Positions 13,520 through 27,317 are shown, counted from the first letter of the stretch. The stretch is 64,000 nucleotides of DNA from Callorhinchus milii (GCF_018977255.1 NW_024704742.1:65412001-65476000), one strand, 5' to 3'. Numbers and translations: made by a program. The notes: generated by a model not told the origin, from the letters alone.

Positions 13520-16290
13520 CACACTCACAGACACAGAGAGCGGCACTCACTCACAGACACAGAGAGCGGCACTCACTCACAGACACAGAGAGCAGCACAC
13601 ACTCACACACACAGAGAGGCACACACTCACAGACACAGAGAGCGGCACAAACTCACAGACACAGAGAGGCACACACTCACAGACACAGAGAGGCACACAC
13701 TCACACACACAGAGGCACACACTCACAGACACAGAGAGCGGCACACACTCACAGACACAGAGAGAGGCACACACTCACAGACACAGAGAGGCACACACTC
13801 ACACACACAGAGGCACACACTCACACACACAGAGAGGCACACACTCACACACACAGAGAGGCACACACTCACAGACACAGAGAGCGGCACACACTCACAG
13901 ACACAGAGAGAGGCACACACTCACAGACACAGAGAGCGGCACACACTCACAGACACAGAGAGGCACACACTCACACACAGAGAGAGGCACACACTCACAG
14001 ACACAGAGAGGCACACACTCACAGACACAGAGAGGCACACACTCACAGACACAGAGAGGCACACACTCACACACACAGAGAGGCACACACTCACAACACA
14101 GAGAGGCACACACTCACACACACAGAGAGGCACACACTCACAGACACAGAGAGGGCACACACTCACACACACAGAGGCACACACTCACACACACAGAGAG
14201 GCACACACTCACAGACACAGAGAGGCACACACTCACAGACACAGAGCGGCACACACTCACAGACACAGAGAGAGGCACACACTCACACACACAGAGAGGC
14301 ACACACTCACAGACACAGAGAGGCACACACTCACAGACACAGAGAGGCACACACTCACAGACACAGAGAGGCACACACTCACAGACACAGAGAGGCACAC
14401 ACTCACAGACACAGAGAGGCACACACTCACAGACACAGAGAGGCACACACTCACAGACACAGAGAGGCACACACTCACAGACACAGAGAGGCACACACTC
14501 ACAGACACAGAGAGACACACACTCACAGACACAGAGAGACACACACTCACAGACACAGAGAGCGGCACTCACTCACAGACACAGAGAGCGGCACACACTC
14601 ACAGACAGAGAGGCACACACTCACAGACACAGAGAGAGGCACACACTCACAGACACAGAGAGAGGCACACACTCACAGACACAGAGAGAGGCACACACTC
14701 ACACACACAGAGAGAGGCACACACTCACAGACAGAGAGAGCGGCACACACTCACAGACACAGAGAGGCACACACTCACGGACACAGAGAGGCACACACTC
14801 ACAGACACAGAGAGGCACACACTCACAGACACAGAGAGGCACACACTCACAGACACAGAGAGGCACACACTCACAGAGAGCGGCACACACTCACAGACAC
14901 AGAGAGGCACACACTCACAGACACAGAGAGGCACACACTCACAGACAGAGAGAGGCACACACTCACAGACACAGAGAGGCACACACTCACAGACACAGAG
15001 AGGCACACACTCACAGATAGAGAGAGGCACACACTCACAGACACAGAGAGCGGCACACACTCACAGACACAGAGAGGCACACACTCACAGAGAGCGGCAC
15101 ACACTCACACACACAGAGCGGCACACACTCACAGACACAGAGAGAGGCACACACTCACAGACACAGAGAGGCACACACTCACAGACACAGAGAGAGGCAC
15201 ACACTCACAGACACAGAGAGAGGCACACACTCACAGACACAGAGAGTGGCACACACTCACAGACACAGAGAGGCACACACTCACAGACAGAGAGTGGCAC
15301 ACACTCACAGACACAGAGAGTGGCACACACTCACAGACACAGAGAGGCACACACTCACAGACAGAGAGAGGCACACACTCACAGACACAGAGAGGCACAC
15401 ACTCACAGACAGAGAGAGGCACACACTCACAGACAGAGAGAGAGGCACACACTCACAGACAGAGAGAGGCACACACTCACAGACACAGAGAGGCACACAC
15501 TCACAGACACAGAGAGAGGCACACACTCACAGACAGAGAGAGGCACACATTCACAGACACAGAGAGAGAGGCACACACTCACAGACACAGAGAGAGCGGC
15601 ACACACTCACAGACACAGAGAGAGGCACACACTCACAGACACAGAGAGCGGCACACACTCACAGACACAGAGAGTGGCACACACTCACAGACAGAGAGAG
15701 AGGCACACACTCACAGACACAGAGAGTGGCACACACTCACAGACAGAGAGAGGCACACACTCACAGACAGAGAGAGAGGCACACACTCACAGACAGAGAG
15801 AGGCACACACTCACAGACAGAGAGAGGCACACACTCACAGACAGAGAGCGGCACACACTCACAGACAGAGAGAGGCACACACTCACAGACACAGAGAGGC
15901 ACACACTCACAGACACAGAGAGGCACACACTCACAGACACAGAGAGAGGCACACACTCACAGACACAGAGAGAGGCACACACTCACAGACACAGAGAGAG
16001 GCACACACTCACAGACACAGAGAGAGGCACACACTCACACACACAGAGAGCGGCACACACTCAGACAGAGAGAGGCACACACTCACAGACACAGAGAGAG
16101 GCACACACTCACAGACACAGAGAGAGGCACACACTCACACACACAGAGAGCGGCACACACTCAGACAGAGAGAGGCACACACTCACAGACACAGAGAGCG
16201 GCACACACTCAGACAGAGAGAGGCACACACTCACAGATACAGAGAGCGGCACACACTCACAGACACAGAGAGAGGCACAAACTCACAGAC
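13520..16290 (+). repeat. Minisatellite, ~24-bp unit GGCACACACTCACAGACACAGAGA (22-28 bp variants), roughly 110 units
   Basis: Directly visible tandem array; gives HTLTDTER / REAHTHRH / GTHSQTQR repeats in translation. Confidence 0.97.
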
Positions 16291-16629
16291 AGATACACAC
16301 TCAGAGACAGAGAGAGAGATACACACACCCAGAGAGACACACAAACATAGACACAGAGAAACATTCAAAGACACAGAGACACACACAGAGACACACCCCC
16401 AGCACTGGCGTGCCAGCCTAGATTATACACTCAGAAACACAGACACAGAGAGACATACATTCTCAGAGAGACGCACACTCACAGACACTCACAAACACAA
16501 AGAGAGAGACACATACGCACACCCACAACCAAAGAGAGAGACACATGCATTGACATTCACACAAACAAACACACAGAAAATCACTACAGCAGGGCCTTCG
16601 AGTAAAGCCCATTTGCCATTAGATCATTA

Positions 16630-16784
16630 TTTGGGGAGAACAAGTTTGCAGGGCTATGAGGACTGGGGGTGATGGGGGAAGGGGGGAGTGGGATTGATTT
16701 GGGTAGCTCTTTTAGAAGAGCCGACACAGATACGATGGGTCGAATTGCCTCCTTCTGTGCTGTATAATTCTATGATTCTATGAT
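16630..16784 (+). mobile_element. CR1-type LINE 3' tail inserted in TIR element copy 1
   Basis: ..GATGGGTCGAATTGCCTCCTTCTGTGCTGTATAATTCTATGATTCTATGATT end; absent from copy 2. Confidence 0.7.
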
Positions 16785-19700
16785 TGCTGCTTGCGCCGCA
16801 CTTGCACTGCAGTAGCCATCCCACCCAGTGACGTCAGGTAAACAGCTGAGGCCCGTGGGCCAGAAACTACATTTATAGTGGGTTTATAGCGGATTCTGCA
16901 GGAGAAGTGCAACCACATTTTTCTACTGGCCCTAGTAGAATTACCTCACTCGTAATGTCCCATTCTCTCCCCACGTTTGCTGAAAACTACAGACGCCTAT
17001 TTCAAATACTTTTTTTGTGTTGATCTTTTATACAGGATTGTGCAAACTGATGCTTACAAAATGCTGTTTGTAAGCATTGGACCGCACAATCCTGTGCAAA
17101 ACCACATCAGATGGAATACACTTTTATTTTGTGCAGCACGTCAAGCCATTTTATGTGAATAGCGTCATATGATGTAAGATACTGTGAAAATCTTGTGATA
17201 CTTCCAACATTTAAGAGGAGCGGGACAAGAACCTCACAATGGCTTAGGTTGAAAAAAATGTTGCATTTGATGTTTGTGGGAGACTTCCGTGTGCAATTGT
17301 CTGCCGCGTTTCACCAACAAAATAGACAGTCAACTCACTTTGTAGTATGTTCTGTGAAGTGCTTTGACACGTCTCAACAACGTGATAAGTGCTATATCAA
17401 ATGCAAGAATTATTATTATTATTATAGTACCTCTCACATCAGGAGAACTACTTCGCAGAATATAACAACAAATTACATTTTACAGTGTAGTGACATACTG
17501 TGAAATGTCACTAAATTTATTATATACTGTGAAATGTAGCGACTATGTACATTGTAGGGAAACGCGGCAACTGATTTGCACACAGCAACAGCCACAATCC
17601 ACCAAGTGGTGAATGACCAATTTTACTTGGGGAGGGGGATTGTTGGCCATGTCACCAGGAAAAACTCCTTTCTCTTTTAAGAATAGTGCCAAGTGATCTT
17701 TATAATGTTCACCTGAAAAGGCAGACAAGACCTTGGCTGAATCGCAGTCTCATTTGAAGGATAGCGCCTCCAAAAATTCAGCACATCCCCAGCACTAGAG
17801 TGCCAGCCGAGACGAGTTCAAAGTACCCAGGTCAGATTTGAACACACGACACTTTGACTCAGAGGAAAGAGTCAAACTGACAGATAAACTGAGCTAGACC
17901 AATGCACACATTCTAGAAGTGGTTTGGGAGCTAGTGAGTTCTCTAAGCCTCGGCTGGGACAGGGGCAATTGGTCTCATTCAATGTTCCTGACCTAAGGCA
18001 GGAAACAATCCATCCAGAATTTCCTAACCACTATCCAGACCAAGAGGACATAATGCTGGATTTACTGCTCTGAGGAGATGTATGACCTTCACTAACCAAG
18101 ATGAAACAAGAACAATTTGTTATTATACCCCCTGCCCCCACCCCCAATGAAACACGTTACGGGGGGGGGAGGGGTCAAAACAGACTGTGCAGTCTTTAAA
18201 TGAGCTAAGTGGAAATATAGTGCAGGACTATAGGGTTGTACACAATGTAGCTGTGGAATTCCTGAACAAATATTTACTTTCCTTCCTGCTGAATATAGAA
18301 TAGAGACCAAGGGCAACACCCACTACAAAATGATTATTCAATTTAGGCTTTCCCTTTTACTAAGACACTGAGTGAAATTTGGAATCACAATGTCTCAGAA
18401 GCCATCAAGCATAATATGCTAAATGGGTATCAAGGAACACTGGGCACCATTTATTTTGTAATTAAAGGAGTACAACACTGACATTTCACTTAGCAGGGTG
18501 ATATGGTTGACCTTCATTGCAAATTAGAAAAGTTATGGTGGGAGTTCTGGCGTTTTAAGAAGCGAATGAATATTTTAGACAAGTCTTGAAAAGAAAGGAC
18601 ATTGTAAGTAAACGTGTGTCTGTGGCGTGAGACAAGAACCACAAATTAATACTTTGAGAAGTTTGTTCAATATTAAGATTTATACAAAATAATTGCCATT
18701 TTTGAAGAGCCTTCATGACTGCAATTTTTAGAACAATCCCTTATATTACAAAATATAAAAATGTTATTACAGGACTGATGCGGAAACAATAGATCAAATA
18801 CACACTCATTTTTAGTACCTCAAACTGTTCACTTTGAAACGTTAATTTGTAAAATTGATTCTCAAAAGTAAAAAGCCATTTCTGCAACTCACAATTCTGA
18901 GGCCTGAAATTCCACCCATTCTTTACCTCTGAAAATTTAAATCGAGTAAAGTTGTGAACAATACCACCTTTGTTTGGAAGCTGGTACCTTTTCACAACTG
19001 TGGAAAACTGGCTTCTAAATTAAGTCTATATTTAAGAATTGTTCACAAATCTGTGATGGCTTAAAATTTTAATAATACTTGAAATTGATATTACGTTGTT
19101 GAGACATCCCAAAGCGCTTCACAGAATGTACTGTAAAGTGAGTGGATTGTATATTTTGTGGGCGAATCACCACAGCCAATTGCGCACAGCAATGTCCCAC
19201 AAACAGTCGTGGACTGAGTGACCACAGACAAAATGGTGTCACAAACAGGGCAAGAGCAGGTGAAATTTCAGGCAGAGAAGTCTGGCAGAGAGGCAAAAGA
19301 TTTCCTCTTAAAGGTAAACAATTGACTTATACTTATTCATGAATAAGGGAATAAAAAAAATCCAGCATCTTCATTTACAGTACTAAAAAGTTAGACCAAC
19401 AAACAACAAAATATTAATTTTCTTTACTTGCTAAACTGGTAACCACCCAACCAGTTTAACACTGAATGTGCATCGAAAAAGAAAAAAAAGGGTCCCACGA
19501 ATTTGAATGCCTTGTTCTATCAGCACTTAACAAAATGCTGCTGGTCATAAGACTAGACTCATCAAGCTTCAACCCCAGAGTCAACATCCTGTTTGAATTT
19601 CATGGTTTTTTTTTCTTTATTACTTGAGTAAAATTACATTTAATAATTTAAATTGGAACAAAACATTGAAAACCAATTCATTCTAATGAAATCTTGAGGG

Positions 19701-19967
19701 GGGTTGGGGGGTGAAAATCATACTGAAATCTTCTGGATGTCCTTTGAAAGATGATTGCAACCAGCACATTTTAAGTAAAGACTTTTCACCTTTCAGAACG
19801 CTTAAAACTTTCAGGGAAGATTTTCTGTAAACCTTGAAATGAGATAAGTTGAAAGACAGTTTATAGAGAAGCACGCAAAATTTCAGATGTAAGCTTGGAA
19901 TAAATTTTAAAAATTATATCGAGTTCAAGACAGATTAAAAATGTGCCCTGCATTATTTTTCTCCATC

Positions 19968-20107
19968 TCAAACAAACTGCTTAGACTTTTTCGGAGCAGC
20001 TTTGGATGCCAGATCCTTTGCCTTCTCGGTTGCTGCAATCGCAGTTTCTTTTGCTTTCCCTGTAGCCTCTTTTGCCGTTTCAATTAAAGTCCTCGAAGGC
20101 AGATCCC
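19968..20107 (-). CDS. PRELID1: PRELID1-like coding exon 5 (last; LEA-like AKEA/KAKE repeats)
   Basis: CTCAG acceptor; (G)DLPSRTLIETAKEATGKAKETAIAATEKAKDLASKAAPKKSKQFV-TGA; the five exons sum to 651 nt = 216 aa + stop; candidate polyA signal at 19616-19621 (minus). Confidence 0.94.
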
Positions 20108-23079
20108 CTGAGTTGTTTAAAAAAATAATTTACTCACCGAAACATTTGTATTGTCAATAACACACACAATAATAACTAAAGTACATTTCATTTTGCCAAG
20201 TATATACATTTTCCTGGACATGAAGAAACACCTCAAAAAATCTTAGAATTACTCAAAATTAACAATCTAGGAAATAATATCTCAGGATACAACATATAGT
20301 TTGGGACACAAAATGTCAAGCGACTGCCAGGATGGTGGAAGGCAAACTGGATGGATCTTGGTCTTCTTTCATCTAGCAAATTCTTATGTTCTAATCTCAG
20401 GCAAACCCAAACCTCTATCGTCATGAGTTGAAGCAAATTGTTTGAAGCGTATTCCTGTGGGTACCTGGCTGATCAGCAAATGAGATAATGCACTGCCTTT
20501 TAACCCGTAAAATGTCATCTAACGACTACCCAAGCAAATTAAAACAAGATGCACATTTGAAGCTTTTAAATTGATTGTAGAGAAATAAACCTGTGGATAC
20601 AATATCTATTGTAAGTAAACTATTGTTTACTCCTGTAACTCACAGCCAGCCCAAGCTATTACCTGGCTGGTAATAAACCCATCTTAAAACAGATGGTTCC
20701 TGGATAGAATAAATGTTCTTGCCTTGGAAAACTCAAGAGTACAGTGACTCTTCACTGTTATTGGGGCAGCCAAGTTCAGGTGTGATCTCTCATTGCTCTA
20801 ACGTACATTGAAGAGAGGTAAATCATTTACTATTTTTCTCCTCCCCCCCCCCCCCACTCCCCCACTCCCATCTAGGCGAGTGCATTGATCATTACGTCTT
20901 TCCCCTTTGAGACTTCAAGATAAAGACATAGTTTCCACATATTGCATTCACACCTTATACATCGTCCTTCAACTACTTTTCTAAAAACAATATACAGATT
21001 ATATTGCAAATTGCAGACTCCAGTGACATGGGTTTCTGACCTGTTCCCTGAGCCTCTCCAACCATGAAAACCACAAGTGACAATATTTTGCATTTTTTGC
21101 TTGGTTACCATTGGGCATTTGAGAGCACCTATGCAGCACTTTAGAACATATGTCAATAGAGAAGGCTTGCATATTTTGAGGAACGAGTGGGCACGATGGG
21201 CTAATGCTCCTTCTGTGCGATCTTATAAGATCTTGCCGTATGGGAGAAACTCCCTTCTCTTTATGAATAGTGTAATAGGATCTTTAATATTCATCTAAAC
21301 TGGCAAATAAAACTAAGCAAATAAAACTAAGACTAAGCAATGCTCGCTCAGCACTGCACTTGTGTAATCAGCCTAGATTGAGCTCAAGTGCCTACGTGGG
21401 GCATGAAACCAAAATCTTCTGAGCCTGAGGCAAGAGTGTTACCAATAGAACATCCAATTCAAGCTACCGGTGAAAACTGTCAAATTTCACGTAGGTTTTA
21501 AACTCCTTAAAACAGATAGTGTAAATTATCAAATGACATAAAGGTGAATGAATAACAACACAATTAGGGCTACATGATTTATTGTAGTTTACCAGAATAC
21601 CACTCAATGATTGAGCCATAGAATTTTCATTACCCAGAAGTATTTTGCAATGTCATTTTTGCAAGATATGCAACTTGCCCCTGCAGGTTACTGCTGCTTC
21701 CCCAAACAAATTTGGAGATGTTTCCCAGGATACAATAGCATACTATGTAATGCTTAAGGGTTTGTAACTGTGCAAGCTGGGTTGTAAACATGCAGGGAGA
21801 GAATCCCTATAATGTACCTTTTCCAAATGCGTTTATACTTAATGCAATGAATAGGTACAGTCCTTCGCTAAATTAAATGGTGGGCAAAAAAATTATTTAG
21901 GATTTAAAAGTATCATAAAATACTGTTGTTCCACACACAGTATTTCACATCACACAATTACACTAAGTAATGCAGATCACCACTTTATTTAACTGCATCA
22001 AATTTCAGAACCATAAAGACTAGTACTAAATAGCCAAACAGCAACGTTTATATAGTCCTTCACATAGAATAGTACATCAGAATGCTGGTGTGTAGCTTTG
22101 GTGCACAGAAGGGCATAAACTTTAATCATTTTGATCACAAAGTGTGCCTATCTTACATGTTGACTACCTTTTGAGCCTCTATTGTACTCCAGTCTATAAA
22201 ATGGGTCATTGCAAAACAGTCATCTTTCTTCCATTTGACAATGTACACCTCACAAGAACAATCACTACAAATGACAGTAATTATTGTAAAGCATGTTTAA
22301 GGAGCTGATATTATGGGCCTTACAAAAACCCAAGTTTTTTCAGCATGCAGTCAATTAACAAAACGTTAATTTTGTGCTCTCAGGGTCAAAAGCAATGGAA
22401 CGTTCAATTCTGGTCAATACCGTTTGAAAAATCCTATCCATTTGGCACCCATGTGTGGCACTGCATCAGGGCCACAATGTTTATGATCCCAGGGTCAGTG
22501 AGGTCCTGCCTTGCTTTACACTGACCACTGCAATAACATTGGTGAACCATGATGGAGATGATCTGCCCCTCCATCAGGTAAAGGAAGTTTAAGTTTGCTA
22601 TTCTCAGCATAATCAGACAAAATAATAATAATAATCCTTGCATTTGATATAGCACTATAACCTTGTTGAGACGTCTCAAAGCGCGTCCCAAAATATATTG
22701 TAAAGTGGATTGACCTTGTTTTGTGGACGAAATAAGTAAAGCGTTCTGGGATGCTACCCTGTGTGAAGGGCATTATATAAATGCAAGTTGTTGTTGTAGT
22801 AAAGAAAATCAGACTCAGCACAATTGAATATTTTGTACTCAACTCCTCTCCCATTAATATTATTTTAAAAAGATGGATAGGGAGAAATTTTAGATTTACT
22901 CTATTTATGTAACATTTTAAAGCATCCACTTGGTAAATTGCTGAATTTAGTCTCAACCTGGAAGTTTATTTTCTGCTGTTATCAAAAGAACATCAGATCC
23001 AGGTGGAATTTCTCTCTGAGAATTGTGCAATTTTATGCTTCTCACCAAAGGCACATTTCCCAAAGTTTATACTAATTGA

Positions 23080-23274
23080 AACAGAAACAGAGAGAGCTGG
23101 GAACACTCAGCAGGTCAGGCAACATTTATGGAGAAAGGAAAGTGAGTCAACGTTTCAGGTCCAAAACGTTGAATTCACTTTCCTTTCTCCATAGATGCTG
23201 CCTGACCTGCTGAGTGTTCCCAGCTCTCTCTGTTTTTGTTTCAGATTTCCAGCATCTGCAGTATTTCATGTTTT
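23080..23274. mobile_element. Penelope-like element remnant forming a ~165-bp inverted repeat, with 15-bp target-site duplication
   Basis: Arms 23077-23155 / 23165-23243 near-perfectly complementary; GATGCTGCCTGACCTGCTGAGT..CCAGC..TCAGATTTCCAGCATCTGCAGTA motif; flanks GTTTATACTAATTGA / GTTTATATTAATTGA. Confidence 0.75.
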
Positions 23275-23725
23275 GTTTATATTAATTGAGTTGCTGTACT
23301 AGATTATGCTAGTCATCTTCCCCACCGGAGCTCACTACAAGTATTGCACCCTAGGAGTGTAGCCCACCCATGGGAGTGTGGCCGATCAGTTTACAATGGG
23401 CAATAACTCTCGACTCTTGTCTGCACTTCCAGCTATAAAAAGACTGCAGTGAACCTTGGAATCTGGAAAGCTATTCCCCTCATGATTTGACTGACCTACT
23501 TCATTCATTGCTCCTTCACCCCTAGAGGGTTATGCAGTTTCACTGCTCAAAATTTCTGCTTTCTGGCTGCTCATTTTTTAATATTCTTTCTAAAGTATGG
23601 GGTCTTGACAAGCATACCATGCAGGAAACATGGGGGGGGGGGGGGGGAAACAGACATTACATTCATTATTGCTCAGGCAGGCGACCGAAAGGATATGATA
23701 AAGAGAGGTTAAATAATCTACATAC

Positions 23726-23804
23726 CTTGTAAATTAGTAATAACATATTCAAGTCCTTGTGTTGCTTTTATCTGATTTCTTCTAAACCGGGCTAGCCCAA
23801 ATTC
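23726..23804 (-). CDS. PRELID1: PRELID1-like coding exon 4
   Basis: TTTTCCTCAG acceptor, G|GTATGT donor, 79 bp; EFGLARFRRNQIKATQGLEYVITNLQ(G). Confidence 0.94.
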
Positions 23805-24449
23805 CTGAGGAAAAAATGATTTGAGTTTTCAAATATGCATTGAACTGGGGTAATAAATTGATAGGTCATCATTTAACTACAGTAATCAGTGGAATCTTTT
23901 CATTGAACTGAGTAATACAGACAGTAGCCTGGCAGACTACCCTGTGCTCACTTTCCAGTGCTGAATCTTTATAAACAATATTTATAAACAAATGCTGTTT
24001 GTATTTTGGTTTGCTATCATATAGAAGGAGTCCTGCCGTGTGAACGTTAAATTTGCATATGATTAACAGTTCTGGAGGTTTACTCAAAGCTAATCTTCTG
24101 CCATTTTATTTGGATCTTCTTTCATAAAACCCATAATCCCACAGTACCACATAATGCATTTTAAACTGCATTCTTCTCTCAGATCTCTCTAAAAACCTCA
24201 AACTTTTTGCAGACAATTTTTTCAGATTTATTTCCATCAATTTAGAATTTTTTTCAAAATTCCAGTGGTGCTAGGGAATCATTTGATCACCGTTAGTCAT
24301 ACCTACTATTGGTATTGTCTGCCCAAATGTACAATCATAGCACTAAGCACTTATTAGACAGCACTGTAGAATACAGAGACAAATTAATTGCAACATAGGT
24401 GACTGAATAATAATATATTAAATATAATAATAAGCAGGTTAAGTAGCAT

Positions 24450-24795
24450 ATATGGAGAAAGGAAAGTGAGTCAATGTTTCGAGTCCACAACCCTTCGTCA
24501 GAACTGGGGCATGTTGGGAGGAAGAGGCTTTTAAGGACTAAGAACTAACAGAGATGGGGGGGGAGGCAGGGCAAGGAAGACAAAGGAGAAAATGGGGTAG
24601 AGAACAGGGGATGATGGGTTAAAGAGGGGTTAATGATGCAAAAGAAAGTGGGGGGATTGCAATAAAACAGGTAGACCAGAGAGAGGAAACAAAAGTTCTG
24701 ACTCTTTCCTTTCCATAGATGCTACCTGACCTGCTGAGTATTCCCAGCCACTTCTGTTTTCGTTTCAGATTTCCAGCATCTGCAGTATTTTGTGT
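24450..24795. mobile_element. Penelope-like element remnant (inverted terminal segments) carrying a hammerhead-like motif
   Basis: Same terminal sequences as 23080-23274; minus strand has CTGACGA-AGGGTTGTGGACTC-GAAACATT at 24469-24505. Confidence 0.68.
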
Positions 24796-24802
24796 TTTGA
24801 CT

Positions 24803-25156
24803 ATAATAATGATCCTTGCATTTCATATAGTGCATTATCACTTTGTTGAGACACTTCAAAGCACTTCACAGAATATATTGTAAAGTGACTGTATTTTGTA
24901 GGCAAAACAAAGCAGCCAATTGCACATAGCAATGTCCTACAAAAAATTGCAGATTGAGTGATGAAATATGTTAATTTTTGAGGAGGGATTATTACCCCTG
25001 GCAATCGACTAACATCCGGGATCCTAATTACTGCTAGGTAAGCAGAGGCATGTGGAGTAAGGAAACTTGCCTTAGGCTTTGCCCTGCCTGGGAATCAAAC
25101 CTGCGTCCTCTTGTTTGCGAAACGATCGTGCTAATCACTATGCTACAGGACTCCAC
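24803..25156 (-). mobile_element. Older, longer SINE subfamily (also 2933-3200 +, 34305-34460 -, 40535-40700 +)
   Basis: Same tRNA head plus an extra CTCTG.TTACCTAGCAGTAA..GTTAGTCGATTG segment. Confidence 0.8.
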
Positions 25157-25775
25157 AAATGATTAGTTGCATTCATAGAAACTATGTATGTCCTTAATGA
25201 TCAAAGAAATTACGCCACAAAAGGAGGCAGAGACATTAAATCTATGCTGAATGCTTTAGCACCTTTACTTAGTTTTATACTCTAATTCAATGCCCTGCTA
25301 CTTAGCAATAATCTTGTTTATCCTTTCTCTTCAAATAGCTTGATAATTAATTTCACTGCAAATAATTAATAGAAGTGAAATAAATGCAACTTCCCAACAC
25401 AGGAATCAAACTTAGGGCCTTAAGATCTTCAATCCAAGATATCATGGTATGTGATCATGGCATCATATGTTGATGTTCTCGAAGTATGAAGAGAGACATT
25501 TGCAAGCAATCTTAACTGCTTTGAAAGGATCTAAAGTTTACTTTGTAAATCTGACCAGTTATCTCTTGAACCAAGTTATCACACATCAATTTTGTGTTTA
25601 CTAACATATTGTACATTATCAGAACCTCATTTGAAAAGATATGGTTCAACCTAGGTTTTTGAACTAATATTCTTGTCTGCAAAATAGCTGTAATGGAAAC
25701 TACGCAGGGAAAGCTACATTTTCCACCAATCTCTTACTACAACAATGTTTACTAGGCAATGTAATTCGGTGTTAC

Positions 25776-25889
25776 CTGAATTGCTCGTGAAAAGCCAAAT
25801 ACGTTTGATGTGATCCATGCCTCTCGCTGCACTTGGGTCCACGTTTGATTGTCTTGATTTATACTATATACACATTTCTCTTCTACAAT
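25776..25889 (-). CDS. PRELID1: PRELID1-like coding exon 3
   Basis: TTTCAG acceptor, CAG|GTAAC donor, 114 bp; IVEEKCVYSINQDNQTWTQVQREAWITSNVFGFSRAIQ. Confidence 0.94.
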
Positions 25890-25956
25890 CTGAAATTAGT
25901 GAACAGTATCTTAAAACAAATCCATCTCAAAGCGCTTCACAGAATATACTGTAAAT

Positions 25957-26279
25957 AATAATAACAATAATCCTTGCATTTGATATAGCGCTTTTCACGT
26001 CGGGAGGACGTCCCAAAGCACTTCACAGAACACACTGTAAAGTGAATTGACTGTATATTTGTGGGCGAACGCGGCAGCCAATTGCGCACAGCAATGTCCC
26101 ACAAACAGTCGTGGATTGAAAATGACCAATTTATTATTGTTTTTGTTTTTTTGGAGGGATTATTATTAGGCTCTGTGTGGAGTAAGGACACTTGCCCAAG
26201 GTTTCGCCCTCTGTCTGGAATTGAACTCAGGTCTCTCACTTGCAAAGCGAGTGCTCTAACCACTGAGCTACAGGACTCC
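25957..26279 (-). mobile_element. tRNA-derived SINE (tRNA-Ala-like head, Deu domain, L2 tail, (ATT)n), short subfamily
   Basis: GGAGTCCTGTAGCTCAGTGGTTAGAGC A-box, GAGTTCAATTCC B-box, TGC anticodon, GGGACATTGCTGTGCGCAATTGGCTGCCGCGTT core. Confidence 0.92.
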
Positions 26280-27317
26280 TGAAGTGTGTAAAGTGTTTTA
26301 ACTGTGTTTTGTGGGTGTAACACGAACAGCCATGGAGCGAGTGACCAATTTTATTTGGGGGTTTGTTGGCCAGGACACCAGGAGAAACTTTTTATTCTGT
26401 GCTCACTGGATAGGGGGAATGGTGCAGATACATTTGAATCCTATAACTCTTCTAATACTAACGAGTGACATCAGCAACAACCTGACAACCAGAAACTCTG
26501 ACCGGAAATTATATTTATAACACAGGAGTCTGATTTTATGCACCCAAACCACTGAATTACAACCGACTAATGTACTTAATGCAGCACACAGGCAGGTTGA
26601 TCAAGGCCTTCTGAATCTTTTCGGATGTAAACCCTAGACTGTCCAGTGCCTTGGGACTGCCTACCAATGTGCAAGGCATATATACAATATATATTATATA
26701 TAATATGTATAACATATATGCAATTTATTTTTTTTAAAAAAGTTAGAAATGTTTTGGCTTATCGAAGTTGTCTAGTCCCAGTGATCTCTCCGCAAAGTGG
26801 CACCGCATTGGGTTACTCCTGAAATTTTCACCATGGTGATTTCGAAAACTATTGTGCATGAAGAAAGCTCACTTTGTGGTTACAGAAAATATCAGCAAAA
26901 ATTGCTCAACTCCACACACTCTGGGAGCACTGCTGAAAATAACCAGTAGCATATAAATGCAAGACATTGTAATAAGTCATTGTAGAGAAAGAAAAATATT
27001 CCTATGGAATTTTACAAATGTGGTTCTATAAAATACATTTCAGAATAAAAATATTATAATAAACATTCAATGAGTTAATAAATACTGTATTTGCATTTTT
27101 ACAGTATCTTTGATGTAGAAATCCTAAAACGCTTCATAGACACTCCTAGTTTCCTTGGTGGGGGAGGTGAGGGGGAGAAGGGAGAGGTAAGCGGGGTCTC
27201 CTTGGAGCTGAACAGGCTCCAAGGCGACATACTTGGCAACAGAATGTCAGAATCGAGCCAGCCCTCTGTGGCGGTCTCGGTAGTCCGGTTCCTGATCCCA
27301 GGCAGGTTCACATTATT

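Larger units (their letters stand above)
12974..16935 (+). mobile_element. Non-autonomous TIR element (MITE-like) copy 1, with expanded internal minisatellite
   Basis: TA|CTTGGGTCAATAGAAAAGTGTGG ... CCACATTTTCTACTGGCCCTAG|TA imperfect TIRs; both arms align to 59565-60733 in reverse orientation. Confidence 0.78.

Noticed and set aside
13520..16290. CRISPR-like array
   Set aside because: Head-to-tail units with no unique spacers, no cas genes, eukaryotic context
12928..16672. 1140-aa, 1145-aa and 391-aa His/Thr/Arg-rich ORFs
   Set aside because: The 24-bp unit has no stop codon in any + frame, so all frames are open; ORFs begin in TE arm sequence and encode only the repeat
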